A DNA stretch of 32,000 nucleotides, from NCBI RefSeq assembly GCF_000092105.1, contig NC_014148.1, forward strand, positions 120,001 to 152,000, read 5' to 3'. This DNA comes from Planctopirus limnophila DSM 3776 (GTDB lineage Bacteria > Planctomycetota > Planctomycetia > Planctomycetales > Planctomycetaceae). Of this stretch, positions 14,994 through 24,589 are shown one piece after another. Position numbers and translations under genes: made by a program. The notes under the pieces are model-generated. The model did no database searches, was not told where the DNA came from, and saw only the letters and a list, made by a program, of their open reading frames with translations. How positions within the stretch are numbered: position 1 is the stretch's first letter; the number at the start of each line of letters is the position of its first letter.

Positions 14994-17900
14994 TCAGGCT
15001 CTCACGAGGAGAGGAAGGCGTACAGCCAGTCGCACGGCAGCCAGGGCCGAAAGCATTCCGACCACGAAGACCAGCAGGAGCCAGACGCCACCTGTGACCC
15101 ATGGGACATCTGCCCCGGCGGAGAGCAGTTGAGGCAGCATCGAGACCAGAGCCGCGACCGTTCCAAAGCACAACCCCCAGATCAGCAGCAGAGCATTCTC
15201 GCACAGAATCATGCGGGTGATCAGGCCGTTGCCAAAACCAATTGCTCTCATCAGCGAAAGCTCGGCTTGCCGCTCCCAGACATTTCTCAGCATGACGGTC
15301 GCCAGCCCGATGGTTCCCAGCAGCAGTCCTAAGCCACCCAGAGCCTGGAAGGCGGCCAGATAAGTATTCTGCACAGCCAGAAACCGGGCGATCCGCACAC
15401 CCACCGGTTCGAGGTCGAGACCGTATTCTACCAGACGGGATTCCAGCAGATCGATCGCGGGTTGTTCGTCGGCTGGTGGTAGTTCGATGAGAAAGTACCC
15501 AAATCCCTTCTGCTCGGGATAGAGCCTCAGGAAGTTCTCCTCGGACATCAGTAGCACACCTTGCAGCACAGATCCATCGAGCATCCCGGCGATCTTCAAA
15601 GGGGGCGCACCAGAAGGTGCTTCTGGTGCAGGAAGCGTGGCTCCGGGGCCTTTCTTGAGGCTATAGAGCAAAGTGTTGATATCGCCAATCACAGGGATCG
15701 TTTCGGTACTGGTGCCCAGCAGTAGCTCCCACGGATTCGCTTCTCTCGCACCGACAAACTTAAAACCCCCGCGTTCGATGAATGATCGCGGCACACCCAG
15801 AATCGTGGGGGCTGTCGCCTGGAACAGGTTGATGCAACTGGCATCTTCTCCCGGCTTCACGCGGAACTGATAAGCCCGCATCGCATCGAGCAGGCTGGCT
15901 TCTTTCGATCCTGCGGGGAACTTGAGCTGGAGCGATTGCCTCCCTGCGGGTGTATTCAAGTCGTACAGGATCGGACTGGCCGATTCTCCCACGAGAGCGA
16001 AGCCGCCATTCCCACTCGACTTCATCGGTCGGTCGGCAGCAGGGTTTCTCTGCCCCGCAGCCACCGTCACAATCACAAAGGTCGCCGCGGAGATCATGCC
16101 GACAGTGAGCAGACTGCGCTGCCTCGCTCGAGTGACATTTCGCTCTGCCAGTCTGGTGACCCCCGCCAAGCCACTCCCTTGGAGGACACTGATCACAGGC
16201 CGATCCAGCCACGCACTGAGCGTCCAGAGAGAGGTCGCCAGTAGTAACATCCCGGAAACGAAGAATCCCACGATCTGCCACGATAATCCGCCAAAGGCTT
16301 CACTGGCGGGAACCACCCCGGCAACCAGCATGACGATCATCACAGCCGAGATTCCACCACTGGTCAGGGCCTTCCAGCGTGCCTGAGAATACCTCGATGG
16401 TTGATCTTCGAAGAGGTTGCTCTGTCCGGCAAGGAGGTCCCGGATCTCGATCCGGGAGAGATCGCGCAGTGCCCACCAGACGCTGAACATCGCACCGGCG
16501 ATGGCAATCGCGGCTCCCATGACGAGACTGCCGGGGAGGACATACAGGTCAATGGCACTGGTGCGAATCGCCCCCTTCCACCAGTTGGTGAGACCGTAAA
16601 TCATGAGCCGGGCATACGCGGTTCCCAGCACAAGGCCCATGAGTGAACCCAGGCATGCCAGCCAGAAGCCTTCGCACAACAGCAGCCAGCGGATCGATGT
16701 GGGTGTGAATCCCGTGGCTGCCAGCAGACCCAGTTCGCGGGTGCGCTGCTCGACACCGAGGCGGAAGAGCAGGCTGATGAGTATCAAGGCGGCCACAATC
16801 AGGAAGAAGCTGAAGCCAATAAACAGTCCGGTAAAATCTGTGGCTCCTGCTGCCGTTTTCAGACCGTAGGCTTTGAGTGGCTGGAGCGATAAGCCCGCCG
16901 CCGACATATCGAGCTGCTCAACCATTTGTGAAACAAGTTCTGTTTCGATCGCTTCGCGGGAAGTGCCTGTTGGCAAGGCCAGACGAATCGATGTCAGCGT
17001 CCCGTACCGGCTGGGCCAGAGTTCCTGGGCGGTCTGGAGCGACAGGAAGAGTTTCGGCAGGGCCTTGTACTGATCCCAGTACTCATCATCACGGGTCGTC
17101 ACCAGATCGAGCTTCATCGGAAAAGGCTGATCCCAATCCGACAGCGAATCGACATCGGTAATCCCCTTGACCTCAGGAGTCAGATGACGGTCAGCGGCTG
17201 GCCCCTCGATCTTTGTGATGGCTTCGACCGTGAACAGTCCCGATTCTTCGGGAAGCTCGCCATGTGCCCCAACCTGATGCCATTTCAGTTCTAGCTCGTC
17301 GCCGACTTTTGCGCCCAGGTCTTCTGCAAGATAAGTGTTGATCATCACCCCACGCCCGGAGAGCTTGAGCGCTGTCACGGGTTGACCACCGACGACTGCC
17401 ATAGGCTCGACAAGAGGGAATGGGCCAAAAGGTGGTTCCAGCGCTTTCGCATTGATCCCGGCGACAGTCGAGTACATGGAGTACTGCCGGGGTTCCCCAC
17501 CCACTTTTCGAATCGAGTTCGCCAGGTAAACCATGACTGGCGAACTGGCCAGCTTCAGCTTGTCGGCTGCTGACTGAATGGCCTGGGCCAGCGGGTCTTC
17601 GAGCAGCATCCGCTCGCTGTCAACACTCAGCCCCCCAATCGCAGAATCATCGATGACCCGAAGTTGCAGATCGCTGAAGGAAATGACACTTCGCAAAGCC
17701 TCTTCAACGGCGGCTCGGTCTTCTTGTGAGGCCAAGGCACTCTCTGGAGAAGTCGCTTTGGAGTCATGAAAAAAGATCGCATTGACTCGGGCCGGCGAGC
17801 CTTGAGGATCCCGGCGGCTGGGCCGAACTTCACCCAACCCCAGATCCGCTTGTAATGTCTTGAGATTCATGAACAGGTTGACGGGATCGAGCTGGCTGGG

Positions 17901-18662
17901 TGCCAGTCCAAAGTGAGCTGGGGTCACCTCCTGAGGAAGAATCTCGCGAACGGTGAGCGTGACCTCCTGCGAATCGTTGTCTTTCTGTCCCAGCAGAGTA
18001 TCGCGGGGAACCGCCGACGGAAGTTCAACCCAGAGTGTGATTGTGTCTCCCGCCCTCGCCTGAAGTGCTTCAGCCAGTGCCGTGGTGATGAGAGCTTCTC
18101 GCCCAGCAGGAGGTGCCACTCGCGAAGCTGCTGACGAAATGCTGGTGCCGGGTGCAGATCGATCCAGCCAGGGCCAGAGCCGTTCATCGACGCCATAAGC
18201 CATCACCTGCCCTGCCCGGCGAACGAGCGAGTCAGTTCCGGATTTCGACGATTGTTGATGTTCAACACCTCCGCGCAGGATCAGTCCTGGGGCGATCTCG
18301 ATGCCCTGATCTTTGAGTTTCGCCTGCAATCGGGAGGCGAGATCTTCTCGAACAAACCGGGGCCCAGTGATGACAGCATCGACTTCACCCAGCCGGCGCA
18401 ACGTCATGGCCCGCAGACTGCCACGCATCGAGTCACCCACCAGCAGTGCACCCGTCACGACGGCTGTCGCCGCAATGACGCCCAGCCAGACGGCCAACGA
18501 GGTTCGCCAGTAGTAACGGAGACTGGCCTTGATCAACAGTGAATGGCGAAGCGAGGCTGCTCCAGAACGTGACATTGTCAGCTCAGTTTGGAATGGTGGT
18601 GCGTCGAAGGCTCGTGTTCGAATCGATCTGCCGATAGCGAGGTCAATCCGGCAACGGCTCAT
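14994..18662 (-). CDS. ABC transporter permease, FtsX/MacB-like, with two FtsX domains and large extracytoplasmic domains
   Basis: There are two FtsX-type modules, FIGFSFFLIVAALILISLLFRLGVEQRTRELGLLAATGFTPTSIRWLLLCEGFWLACLGSLMG and LGLLLGTIGLATVMLRNVWERQAELSLMRAIGFGNGLITRMILCENALLLIWGLCFG. The N-terminal TM-plus-MacB-like pattern is LRYYWRTSLAVWLGVIAATAVVTGALLVGDSMRGSL. The more likely start is the internal MSRSGAAS at 18575. Confidence 0.85.
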   Translation of the reverse strand: MSRCRIDLAIGRSIRTRAFDAPPFQTELTMSRSGAASLRHSLLIKASLRYYWRTSLAVWLGVIAATAVVTGALLVGDSMRGSLRAMTLRRLGEVDAVITGPRFVREDLASRLQAKLKDQGIEIAPGLILRGGVEHQQSSKSGTDSLVRRAGQVMAYGVDERLWPWLDRSAPGTSISSAASRVAPPAGREALITTALAEALQARAGDTITLWVELPSAVPRDTLLGQKDNDSQEVTLTVREILPQEVTPAHFGLAPSQLDPVNLFMNLKTLQADLGLGEVRPSRRDPQGSPARVNAIFFHDSKATSPESALASQEDRAAVEEALRSVISFSDLQLRVIDDSAIGGLSVDSERMLLEDPLAQAIQSAADKLKLASSPVMVYLANSIRKVGGEPRQYSMYSTVAGINAKALEPPFGPFPLVEPMAVVGGQPVTALKLSGRGVMINTYLAEDLGAKVGDELELKWHQVGAHGELPEESGLFTVEAITKIEGPAADRHLTPEVKGITDVDSLSDWDQPFPMKLDLVTTRDDEYWDQYKALPKLFLSLQTAQELWPSRYGTLTSIRLALPTGTSREAIETELVSQMVEQLDMSAAGLSLQPLKAYGLKTAAGATDFTGLFIGFSFFLIVAALILISLLFRLGVEQRTRELGLLAATGFTPTSIRWLLLCEGFWLACLGSLMGLVLGTAYARLMIYGLTNWWKGAIRTSAIDLYVLPGSLVMGAAIAIAGAMFSVWWALRDLSRIEIRDLLAGQSNLFEDQPSRYSQARWKALTSGGISAVMIVMLVAGVVPASEAFGGLSWQIVGFFVSGMLLLATSLWTLSAWLDRPVISVLQGSGLAGVTRLAERNVTRARQRSLLTVGMISAATFVIVTVAAGQRNPAADRPMKSSGNGGFALVGESASPILYDLNTPAGRQSLQLKFPAGSKEASLLDAMRAYQFRVKPGEDASCINLFQATAPTILGVPRSFIERGGFKFVGAREANPWELLLGTSTETIPVIGDINTLLYSLKKGPGATLPAPEAPSGAPPLKIAGMLDGSVLQGVLLMSEENFLRLYPEQKGFGYFLIELPPADEQPAIDLLESRLVEYGLDLEPVGVRIARFLAVQNTYLAAFQALGGLGLLLGTIGLATVMLRNVWERQAELSLMRAIGFGNGLITRMILCENALLLIWGLCFGTVAALVSMLPQLLSAGADVPWVTGGVWLLLVFVVGMLSALAAVRLAVRLPLLVRA

Positions 18663-18793
18663 CCTACGAAAATCAGTGACCAGTTGCGCCGCATCCTGAA
18701 AGATCCCACCGGTTCAAAATGTGTTGCGAGTCCACGATTCTGTGAACTTTCCAAGAAATGATGGGGCGGTCAATAAAACTGCGCGTTTCGTCA

Positions 18794-18840
18794 ATGATCA
18801 ATCTTCATGACCAAATTAGCATAATTGACCGATTGATCAT
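18794..18840. promoter_or_regulatory. Perfect 10-bp inverted repeat (ATGATCAATC / GATTGATCAT) with a 27-nt spacer in a divergent promoter region
   Basis: 18794-18803 and 18831-18840 are exact reverse complements, and each half contains TGATCA. The downstream half ends 48 nt upstream of the 18889 start. Confidence 0.35.
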
Positions 18841-18888
18841 GCCCGCCTGTATGAGCTACTCTCAGAGCCTCGTAATCTGGACGAATCC

Positions 18889-20169
18889 GTGACTCTTGAT
18901 CTGACCACGACCATGCCATCTGCCGACCACACCGACTTCAGCCCGAAGTCAGCCGACACCTCCGGGCCCACCTTTGATGACATTGTCGTCGGGGCTGGTG
19001 TGATTGGTCTGGCACATGCCTACGCTCTGGCACGTCGCGGCCGCAAGGTGCTGGTCATCGAGCGGCATGCCCGGGCCTTGGGCGCCTCAGTTCGCAACTT
19101 TGGAATGATCTGGCCGATTGGCCAGACCTTAGGCACGAACATGAACCTGGCCCTCGACAGTCGCCAGATCTGGGCCGGAGTGCTGGAACGATCGGGGATC
19201 TGGCATCACCAGGGGGGCTCGCTGCATGTGGCTCATCACGATGATGAAGCTCAGGTATTGCGCGAGTTTTACGAACTAGCGACGCAGGCTGGCTATGAAC
19301 TAGAACTGCTGGATGCGCGGGCGACGACCGCCTGCTCACGGGCCGTCAATCCAGAGGGACTCAAACTTTCGCTTTACAGCCGGCATGAGATTGCTGTCGA
19401 TCCGCGCGAGGTCATTGCGAAACTGCCAGGCTATCTGCGAGCCCACTACGGCGTGCGATTTGAGTATGGCCAGATGGTGCGTTCCATTGATGGACAGAAG
19501 GTCAAGACGTCTGCAGGCCAATGGTCGGCCCGGCGCGTCTGGCTCTGCACGGGTGATGAAACACAGATTCTGTACCCTGAGATTTTGACCCGGCAAGGGA
19601 TGTTCCCCTGCAAACTGCAGATGCTCCGCACCGCGGCTCAAACGGGCGATTGGAAAATCGGGCCACACCTGGCTGGTGGACTGACACTCCGGCACTACAC
19701 ATCGTTTGCAGCCTGCCCGACACTCGCCGAACTCAAAGCGCGAGTGGCCCGAGAAATGCCTCTGATGGATCACTTTGGAATTCATGTGATGGCTTCGCAG
19801 AATGGGCGTGGCGAACTCACGATTGGTGATTCGCACGAATACAACCCGCCCGAAGAACCCTTCGGCACCGTCTCGCCATTCAATACCCGGCAGATCGACG
19901 ACCTGATCATGAGCTATCTGAAAACCATCATGGTCGCACCCGATCTGGAGATTGCCGAGCGCTGGTTCGGAGTTTATCTGAAGCACCCCGGCAAGCTGTG
20001 GTTTGAAGCCGCGGCCGAACCACACGTCGAAATCCTGACCGGCATCGGTGGGAATGGCATGACTCTCTCGATGGGTGTGAGCGAACAACATGTGGCCCGT
20101 GTGCTCGGAGAAGCAATCACTCAGGATGCGACTCCAGCCGATGCCAGTACGAAACCAGCACTGGTGTAG
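18889..20169 (+). CDS. FAD-dependent oxidoreductase (DAO family; resembles the TIGR03364 group)
   Basis: The Rossmann motif DIVVGAGVIGLAHAYALARRGRKVLVIERHARALGASVRNFGMIWPIGQ is present, and GIGGNGMTLSMG lies near the C-terminus. The start is GTG at 18889 or the internal MPSADH. Confidence 0.8.
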   Translation: MTLDLTTTMPSADHTDFSPKSADTSGPTFDDIVVGAGVIGLAHAYALARRGRKVLVIERHARALGASVRNFGMIWPIGQTLGTNMNLALDSRQIWAGVLERSGIWHHQGGSLHVAHHDDEAQVLREFYELATQAGYELELLDARATTACSRAVNPEGLKLSLYSRHEIAVDPREVIAKLPGYLRAHYGVRFEYGQMVRSIDGQKVKTSAGQWSARRVWLCTGDETQILYPEILTRQGMFPCKLQMLRTAAQTGDWKIGPHLAGGLTLRHYTSFAACPTLAELKARVAREMPLMDHFGIHVMASQNGRGELTIGDSHEYNPPEEPFGTVSPFNTRQIDDLIMSYLKTIMVAPDLEIAERWFGVYLKHPGKLWFEAAAEPHVEILTGIGGNGMTLSMGVSEQHVARVLGEAITQDATPADASTKPALV

Positions 20170-20178
20170 CTGCGAGAC

Positions 20179-20233
20179 CCTCGCCCACGTCTGCGTGTGA
20201 GAGGGTGGTACGGAGTGCCGGGTGAGGTTTTTT
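20179..20233 (+). terminator. Possible intrinsic terminator of the FAD oxidoreductase gene
   Basis: CCTCGCCC (20179-20186) can pair with GGGTGAGG (20220-20227), giving 8 bp with one G-U, followed by TTTTTT (20228-20233). The 33-nt loop is long, so the call is weak. Confidence 0.35.
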
Positions 20234-20545
20234 CCTGGCGACGTGGAGCAGCCACTTACACTTCCGCTTGGTGCCACTGCTGGCTTGCCAGCAGTGCTCA
20301 TCCCACGATGCTTTCGGGGAAGAACTTATTAATGACGACTCGGGGTCAAAGTACCTCGTTGATAGAATATCCAATACGTTCGGGCTCACCCTCATCCCGG
20401 CCTTTTCCCGTCGGAACTGGAGAAGGGGAAACTGATGCCATGATGCAGTCGCGATCACGACTGACGACTTCAGCCCATCAAACTCTTGGTGACCATTAAT
20501 ATGGAGAGTGGCATCCATCGCACAATGGCGTCAGTCTCCAACGGC

Positions 20546-21229
20546 TCACCGCGAGTTCGACCACAGTTCCCGATTTTCGGCTGCCAGAAACGCGGTCAGA
20601 ATCATGTGAGCAGCGAGCTTATCCACCGGGCTGACGGGAGTTTTTTTCTTCGCACGATTCTGAGGTGAGGAGTGACCAGCACCTGGGGATTTTTTAGAGG
20701 TTCGCCCACTGGCTGGCTTGTTGCCAGAGCGTGGAAAAACTCCGTCCTGCCACATCAGCAATTCTGCCGAGACCGAGGTGTATCGCTCATCCCAGAATCG
20801 AAGTGGCAAGTTCGTGCAGCGAGCCAGCCATTCACCGAATTGTCGGACTTCCCGCGAGAGCTCACTTTCTTCACCACTCGTGTGAAGTGGCAGACCCACA
20901 ACTAAACCTGCGACGCGGTAGTCGAGGCAAGTCGCCTTAAACCATTCCCGATCGACCGACTCAGACTTCCTCTGATAGATCTCCATGGGCATCGCCAAAG
21001 TCTGCTCGAATGTCGAGATCGCCAGACCCACCCGCTTCTGGCCATAATCAACTCCCAGGAGACACCCTTCGCGAGGAAATGCCTGCTCACTCGCCGACTG
21101 GCCTTCTTCCGGCTGCTCACCAGAGATTGGGGGATCCTGTGGCATCAAGTGATCCAGGCAAAATAGGGGGTTGATTTTCAGGGGTGATCCAGCGGAGAAA
21201 AACCTCTGTCGAGCTGGCGTAACATGCAT
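20546..21229 (-). CDS. ruvX: Holliday junction resolvase-like protein RuvX (YqgF family), with a basic insertion
   Basis: The family signature is LLGVDYGQKRVGLAISTFEQTLAMPMEIY...YRVAGLVVGLPLHTSGEESELSREVRQFGEWLARCTNLPLRFWDERYTSVSAE...VDKLAAHMILTAFL. The more likely start is MPQDPP at 21145. Confidence 0.85.
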   Translation of the reverse strand: MHVTPARQRFFSAGSPLKINPLFCLDHLMPQDPPISGEQPEEGQSASEQAFPREGCLLGVDYGQKRVGLAISTFEQTLAMPMEIYQRKSESVDREWFKATCLDYRVAGLVVGLPLHTSGEESELSREVRQFGEWLARCTNLPLRFWDERYTSVSAELLMWQDGVFPRSGNKPASGRTSKKSPGAGHSSPQNRAKKKTPVSPVDKLAAHMILTAFLAAENRELWSNSR

Positions 21230-21484
21230 TTCGACATCAGTTTACGCAGGTTTAGGACTCTTCGTGAAGTCGCTTGTCTGGTTCTGGAAGCCAGATTGAC
21301 CCATTTTCCGGCCCAGACATATACTCCCGGACGTTGGAATACTGCACAATCTGCGGGCTGACAACCTGAAGATGGCCGCAGTCTTCCAACAAGTTGCCAG
21401 GGAAGGTCATCGTTTGGCAGTTCTTGCCAATTTTCGCCGGGGTCTTTCGGTGACACATCCAAGGACGGATGTGACAAGACAGGA

Positions 21485-24400
21485 GTGCCCGTGAAGGGCT
21501 ATCTCAGACTATCGATCTGGGTCTTCATTGGACTCGTGGGATTGCTGCTGGCAATCACGGGGATCGGTGGCGGTGCGCACCTCTGGGCACGCACAACAGC
21601 TCCTCAAGAATCCATCAGTCTCTCGGCGGACTGGCTCCAGGAATGGGAACAGGGACGCGAGCATATTGGGCTGTTCCGTGGTCACTGCCAGATCACTCAA
21701 GGGGCGACCACGTGGCAGGCCGACAAAATGGTCGTCTGGGTCGAAAGTGCCGATGTCGATAGCACGGTCGTCGAAGATCGACTGGTGATCTGGCTGGAAG
21801 GGAACGTCCAGGAAATCTCGGCCACTGGTCATCGAAGCGATTCTTCCAGGCTGCTGAAGCTGAGGACGATTGCGGGGGTTGACCTCTCGGTTCGAGGTCG
21901 AGTCAGTGATCAGCCCGCGATTGATGACGCACTATATATAAGGGCGCTCAAGCAGCGGTTCGCCGGGACTCCTGAAGCGGCCCTGGCACGCAGTGAACTC
22001 CTGCAGACACAACTGACGGTCGATCCTCCGGCCCTCACGATACCGCCGGGGTCGGGGAATTCCGGGTTTGCCAACCCGGGGGTCATGACACCACAGCTTG
22101 GTCAGCCTGCTCCCTCGATGAACAATTCGCCCGCTCCAGCCGCCATGCGGCGAGTGAGGATCTTCCCACGCAGTGCCGTTCCTTTCGATGTTCGCAGCTT
22201 CCGCAATGAGAACACATTGCCGCCCGAGCAGGTTGTGCAGTTGACCGGTGGTGTCACGATCATCGTCGATGGGATTGAACGGGTGGGGGTGATCGACCTT
22301 TCCGCGGATAACGCAGTCATCTGGACAACTGCCCTCGGCAAAGAAGAGTTCTCGACAGAATCTCTCCAGACAGGCGATACGCCTTATCAGGTCTATCTCG
22401 AAGGGAACATTGTCATCCGGCAAGGTGAGAATATTGTTCGCGCCACGCGAGCCTTCTACGATGCCCGCGAAGACCGCGCTCTCATTCTCGATGCCGAACT
22501 GAAGAGCATCATTCCTGATCAGCAGGGGCTGACGGTACGAGTCCGGGCCGAATCCATTCGCCAGCTTTCACGCGATACGTTCCAGGCTCGCAATGCTTAT
22601 GTCACGACGAGTCAGTTGGGGGAACCGGTTTACCGGATTCAATCGAGCGATATTTTCATCGATCAACGGACATGGTCTCCCTGGTCACAGCCCACGGTCG
22701 ATCCAGAGACAGGTTTACTGAAGCCAAATACGATCCCGTGGGTCACAGCTCAGAACAATGCCTTTGTTTTTGGAAGTGTGCCGCTGCTCTATGCTCCGGT
22801 GATCTCAGGGCCGGCTGAAGATCCGAACATCCCGATTCAAGGCTTCACCTTCGGCCAGGACAATATTTTCGGCTCGCAGATTCGCACCCGATGGGATGCG
22901 TTCCAGATCTTTGGCCTGCAAAAACCAGCCGATACTCGCTGGACTTTGGAAGCAGATTACCTGTCGGATCGCGGCCCATTCCTGGCCACCGATGGCAAAT
23001 ACCGTGGACTTGATAATTACGGCAACAGCTTCTTTGGCCAGGGCCTGGCGGCTTATGTGAATGATGGCGGTGTCGATAACCTGGGTCTTAACCGGCGCGA
23101 TCTCGCCTTCCCGAATGCCAACCGCGGGATTGTTGATGCCCAGCATCGGCATCAGTTTCTCAACGGGATCGAACTCCAGGCGGAAGCCGGCTATGCCAGC
23201 GACCGTAACTTCCGCGAACAGTATTACGAGCAGCAGTTCGACACGGGCAAAGATCTCGAAATGTATCTGGGGATGACTCAAAGATACGATCAGCTCGCAT
23301 GGTCAATCTGGGGTCGGCCGAGTGTGAATGATTTCGAATACACCACCCAGTGGTTACCTCGAGGCGATCTGTTCGTGCTGGGGACTCCCCTGCTCTCCAA
23401 CATCCTGAGCTACAGTTCGCACAGTTCCGTCGGTTATGCGCAGCTCGATAATGCGGCACCACCACCAGACCCCAACGATCTCTTCACACCACTTCCTTAT
23501 TATACCGATGCCAATGGTCTGGTGGCTATGACCAGGCATGCGATTGAAGCACCATTCCAGCTGGGAGAGCTGATGCTCGCCCCTTATGCCATGGGCGAAG
23601 CGGCTTTCTGGAGTGATGGCTTTACGAATGATTCGGTTGACCGGTTCTATGGCCGGGCGGGCTTAAGGGCTAATCTGCAGATGTGGCGGGTCTACCCCTA
23701 TGTGCAGAGCGATCTCTACAACCTGAATGGCCTGGCTCACCGCATGAACTTCGGAGCCGACTATGGTTATGCGGCCAGCAGTACAAGTCTCAGTGAGATC
23801 CCCCAGTGGAATGAATTTGACGACAACTCTCAGGAGCGATTCCGCGAACGTTTGGTCGTGAATACTTTCGGTGGCATCCTTCCAAATGTCTTCGAGCCGC
23901 GAAATTATGCTGTTCGATCGGGTGCAGCCACAGGTGTCGCTGACCCTTACCACGAGCTGGTGGATGATCAGCAGGTGCTGGCACTCGCGTGGACACATCG
24001 ACTGCAGACGAAGGTCGGCCCTCCGGAACGATTGCGAATTAAGGACTGGATGACACTCGATCTGGGGGTCAACTACTATCCCGATGCAAGTCGGGATAAC
24101 TTTGGCGAATCGTTCGGCCTCTTCAATGCCCGCTATGCCTGGTATGTGGGTGACCGTACCAGCATTCATGCCAGTACATTGCTCGACTTCTTTGATGATG
24201 GCCAGAAGATCTTCAACGTCGGAGTGCTGACTCAGCGCAGCGTTCGCGGCAGTGCTTACGTGGGCTTCCGACAGGTCGATGGCGGCGCGCTGCTCAGCCA
24301 GATTCTGACGGCCAGCTACAGCTACCAGATGAGTCCCAAGTGGATCTCCACGGCGGGAACAGCTTATGACGTGGGTGAAGGTCAGAATCGCGGCCAGTCG

Positions 24401-24562
24401 CTCACAATTACTCGTGTGGGCGAATCGTTCCTGGTTCATCTGGGAGCCAGCTACGACGCCAGTAAAAACAACCCCGGGATTGCCATTTCGATTGAACCCA
24501 AGCTGGGCAATCGCAAGACATCCCCGACCATGATCAGCCCTTTGATGGGGGCAGGCTTCTAA
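21485..24562 (+). CDS. LptD/OstA-like outer membrane protein (LPS-assembly protein candidate)
   Basis: After an N-terminal TM/signal segment there are OstA-like segments (ITQGATTWQADKMVVW...LEGNVQE; DNAVIWT...YQVYLEGNIVIRQGENIVRATRAFYDAREDRALILDAEL). A long Tyr/Gly/Asp/Asn-rich beta-barrel-like region follows and ends in a C-terminal Phe (..LMGAGF), as in OMP beta-signals. The start is probably the second GTG at 21491 (AGGAG-5 nt-GTG). Confidence 0.65.
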   Translation: MPVKGYLRLSIWVFIGLVGLLLAITGIGGGAHLWARTTAPQESISLSADWLQEWEQGREHIGLFRGHCQITQGATTWQADKMVVWVESADVDSTVVEDRLVIWLEGNVQEISATGHRSDSSRLLKLRTIAGVDLSVRGRVSDQPAIDDALYIRALKQRFAGTPEAALARSELLQTQLTVDPPALTIPPGSGNSGFANPGVMTPQLGQPAPSMNNSPAPAAMRRVRIFPRSAVPFDVRSFRNENTLPPEQVVQLTGGVTIIVDGIERVGVIDLSADNAVIWTTALGKEEFSTESLQTGDTPYQVYLEGNIVIRQGENIVRATRAFYDAREDRALILDAELKSIIPDQQGLTVRVRAESIRQLSRDTFQARNAYVTTSQLGEPVYRIQSSDIFIDQRTWSPWSQPTVDPETGLLKPNTIPWVTAQNNAFVFGSVPLLYAPVISGPAEDPNIPIQGFTFGQDNIFGSQIRTRWDAFQIFGLQKPADTRWTLEADYLSDRGPFLATDGKYRGLDNYGNSFFGQGLAAYVNDGGVDNLGLNRRDLAFPNANRGIVDAQHRHQFLNGIELQAEAGYASDRNFREQYYEQQFDTGKDLEMYLGMTQRYDQLAWSIWGRPSVNDFEYTTQWLPRGDLFVLGTPLLSNILSYSSHSSVGYAQLDNAAPPPDPNDLFTPLPYYTDANGLVAMTRHAIEAPFQLGELMLAPYAMGEAAFWSDGFTNDSVDRFYGRAGLRANLQMWRVYPYVQSDLYNLNGLAHRMNFGADYGYAASSTSLSEIPQWNEFDDNSQERFRERLVVNTFGGILPNVFEPRNYAVRSGAATGVADPYHELVDDQQVLALAWTHRLQTKVGPPERLRIKDWMTLDLGVNYYPDASRDNFGESFGLFNARYAWYVGDRTSIHASTLLDFFDDGQKIFNVGVLTQRSVRGSAYVGFRQVDGGALLSQILTASYSYQMSPKWISTAGTAYDVGEGQNRGQSLTITRVGESFLVHLGASYDASKNNPGIAISIEPKLGNRKTSPTMISPLMGAGF

Positions 24563-24589
24563 CTGAGCGGGCTGCGAGGAACGGAATCC

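Noticed and set aside
19336-20301. 321-aa minus-strand ORF antisense to the FAD oxidoreductase gene. Similar long antisense ORFs occur at 23663..24673, 27804..28814, 29301..29924, 7684..8412, 14664..15332, 12785..13261 and 9326..10003.
   Set aside because: Each lies entirely or largely opposite a CDS with strong family signatures. Their sequences are Arg/Ser/Pro/Gly-rich with no recognisable motifs, which is typical of shadow ORFs in moderately GC-rich DNA.
20117-20518. 133-aa minus-strand ORF in the convergent gap downstream of ruvX
   Set aside because: It overlaps the 3' end of the FAD oxidoreductase gene by about 50 nt and runs through its candidate terminator. It contains no recognisable domain. 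I report it only as part of the unassigned-gap finding.
21252-21458. 68-aa minus-strand ORF between ruvX and the LptD-like gene
   Set aside because: GC at third positions (44 of 68 by my count) is compatible with coding. However, there is no Shine-Dalgarno sequence at either ATG and no recognisable motif, and it overlaps another ORF (21178..21477). I leave it as unsupported; Ribo-seq or conservation analysis could rescue it.
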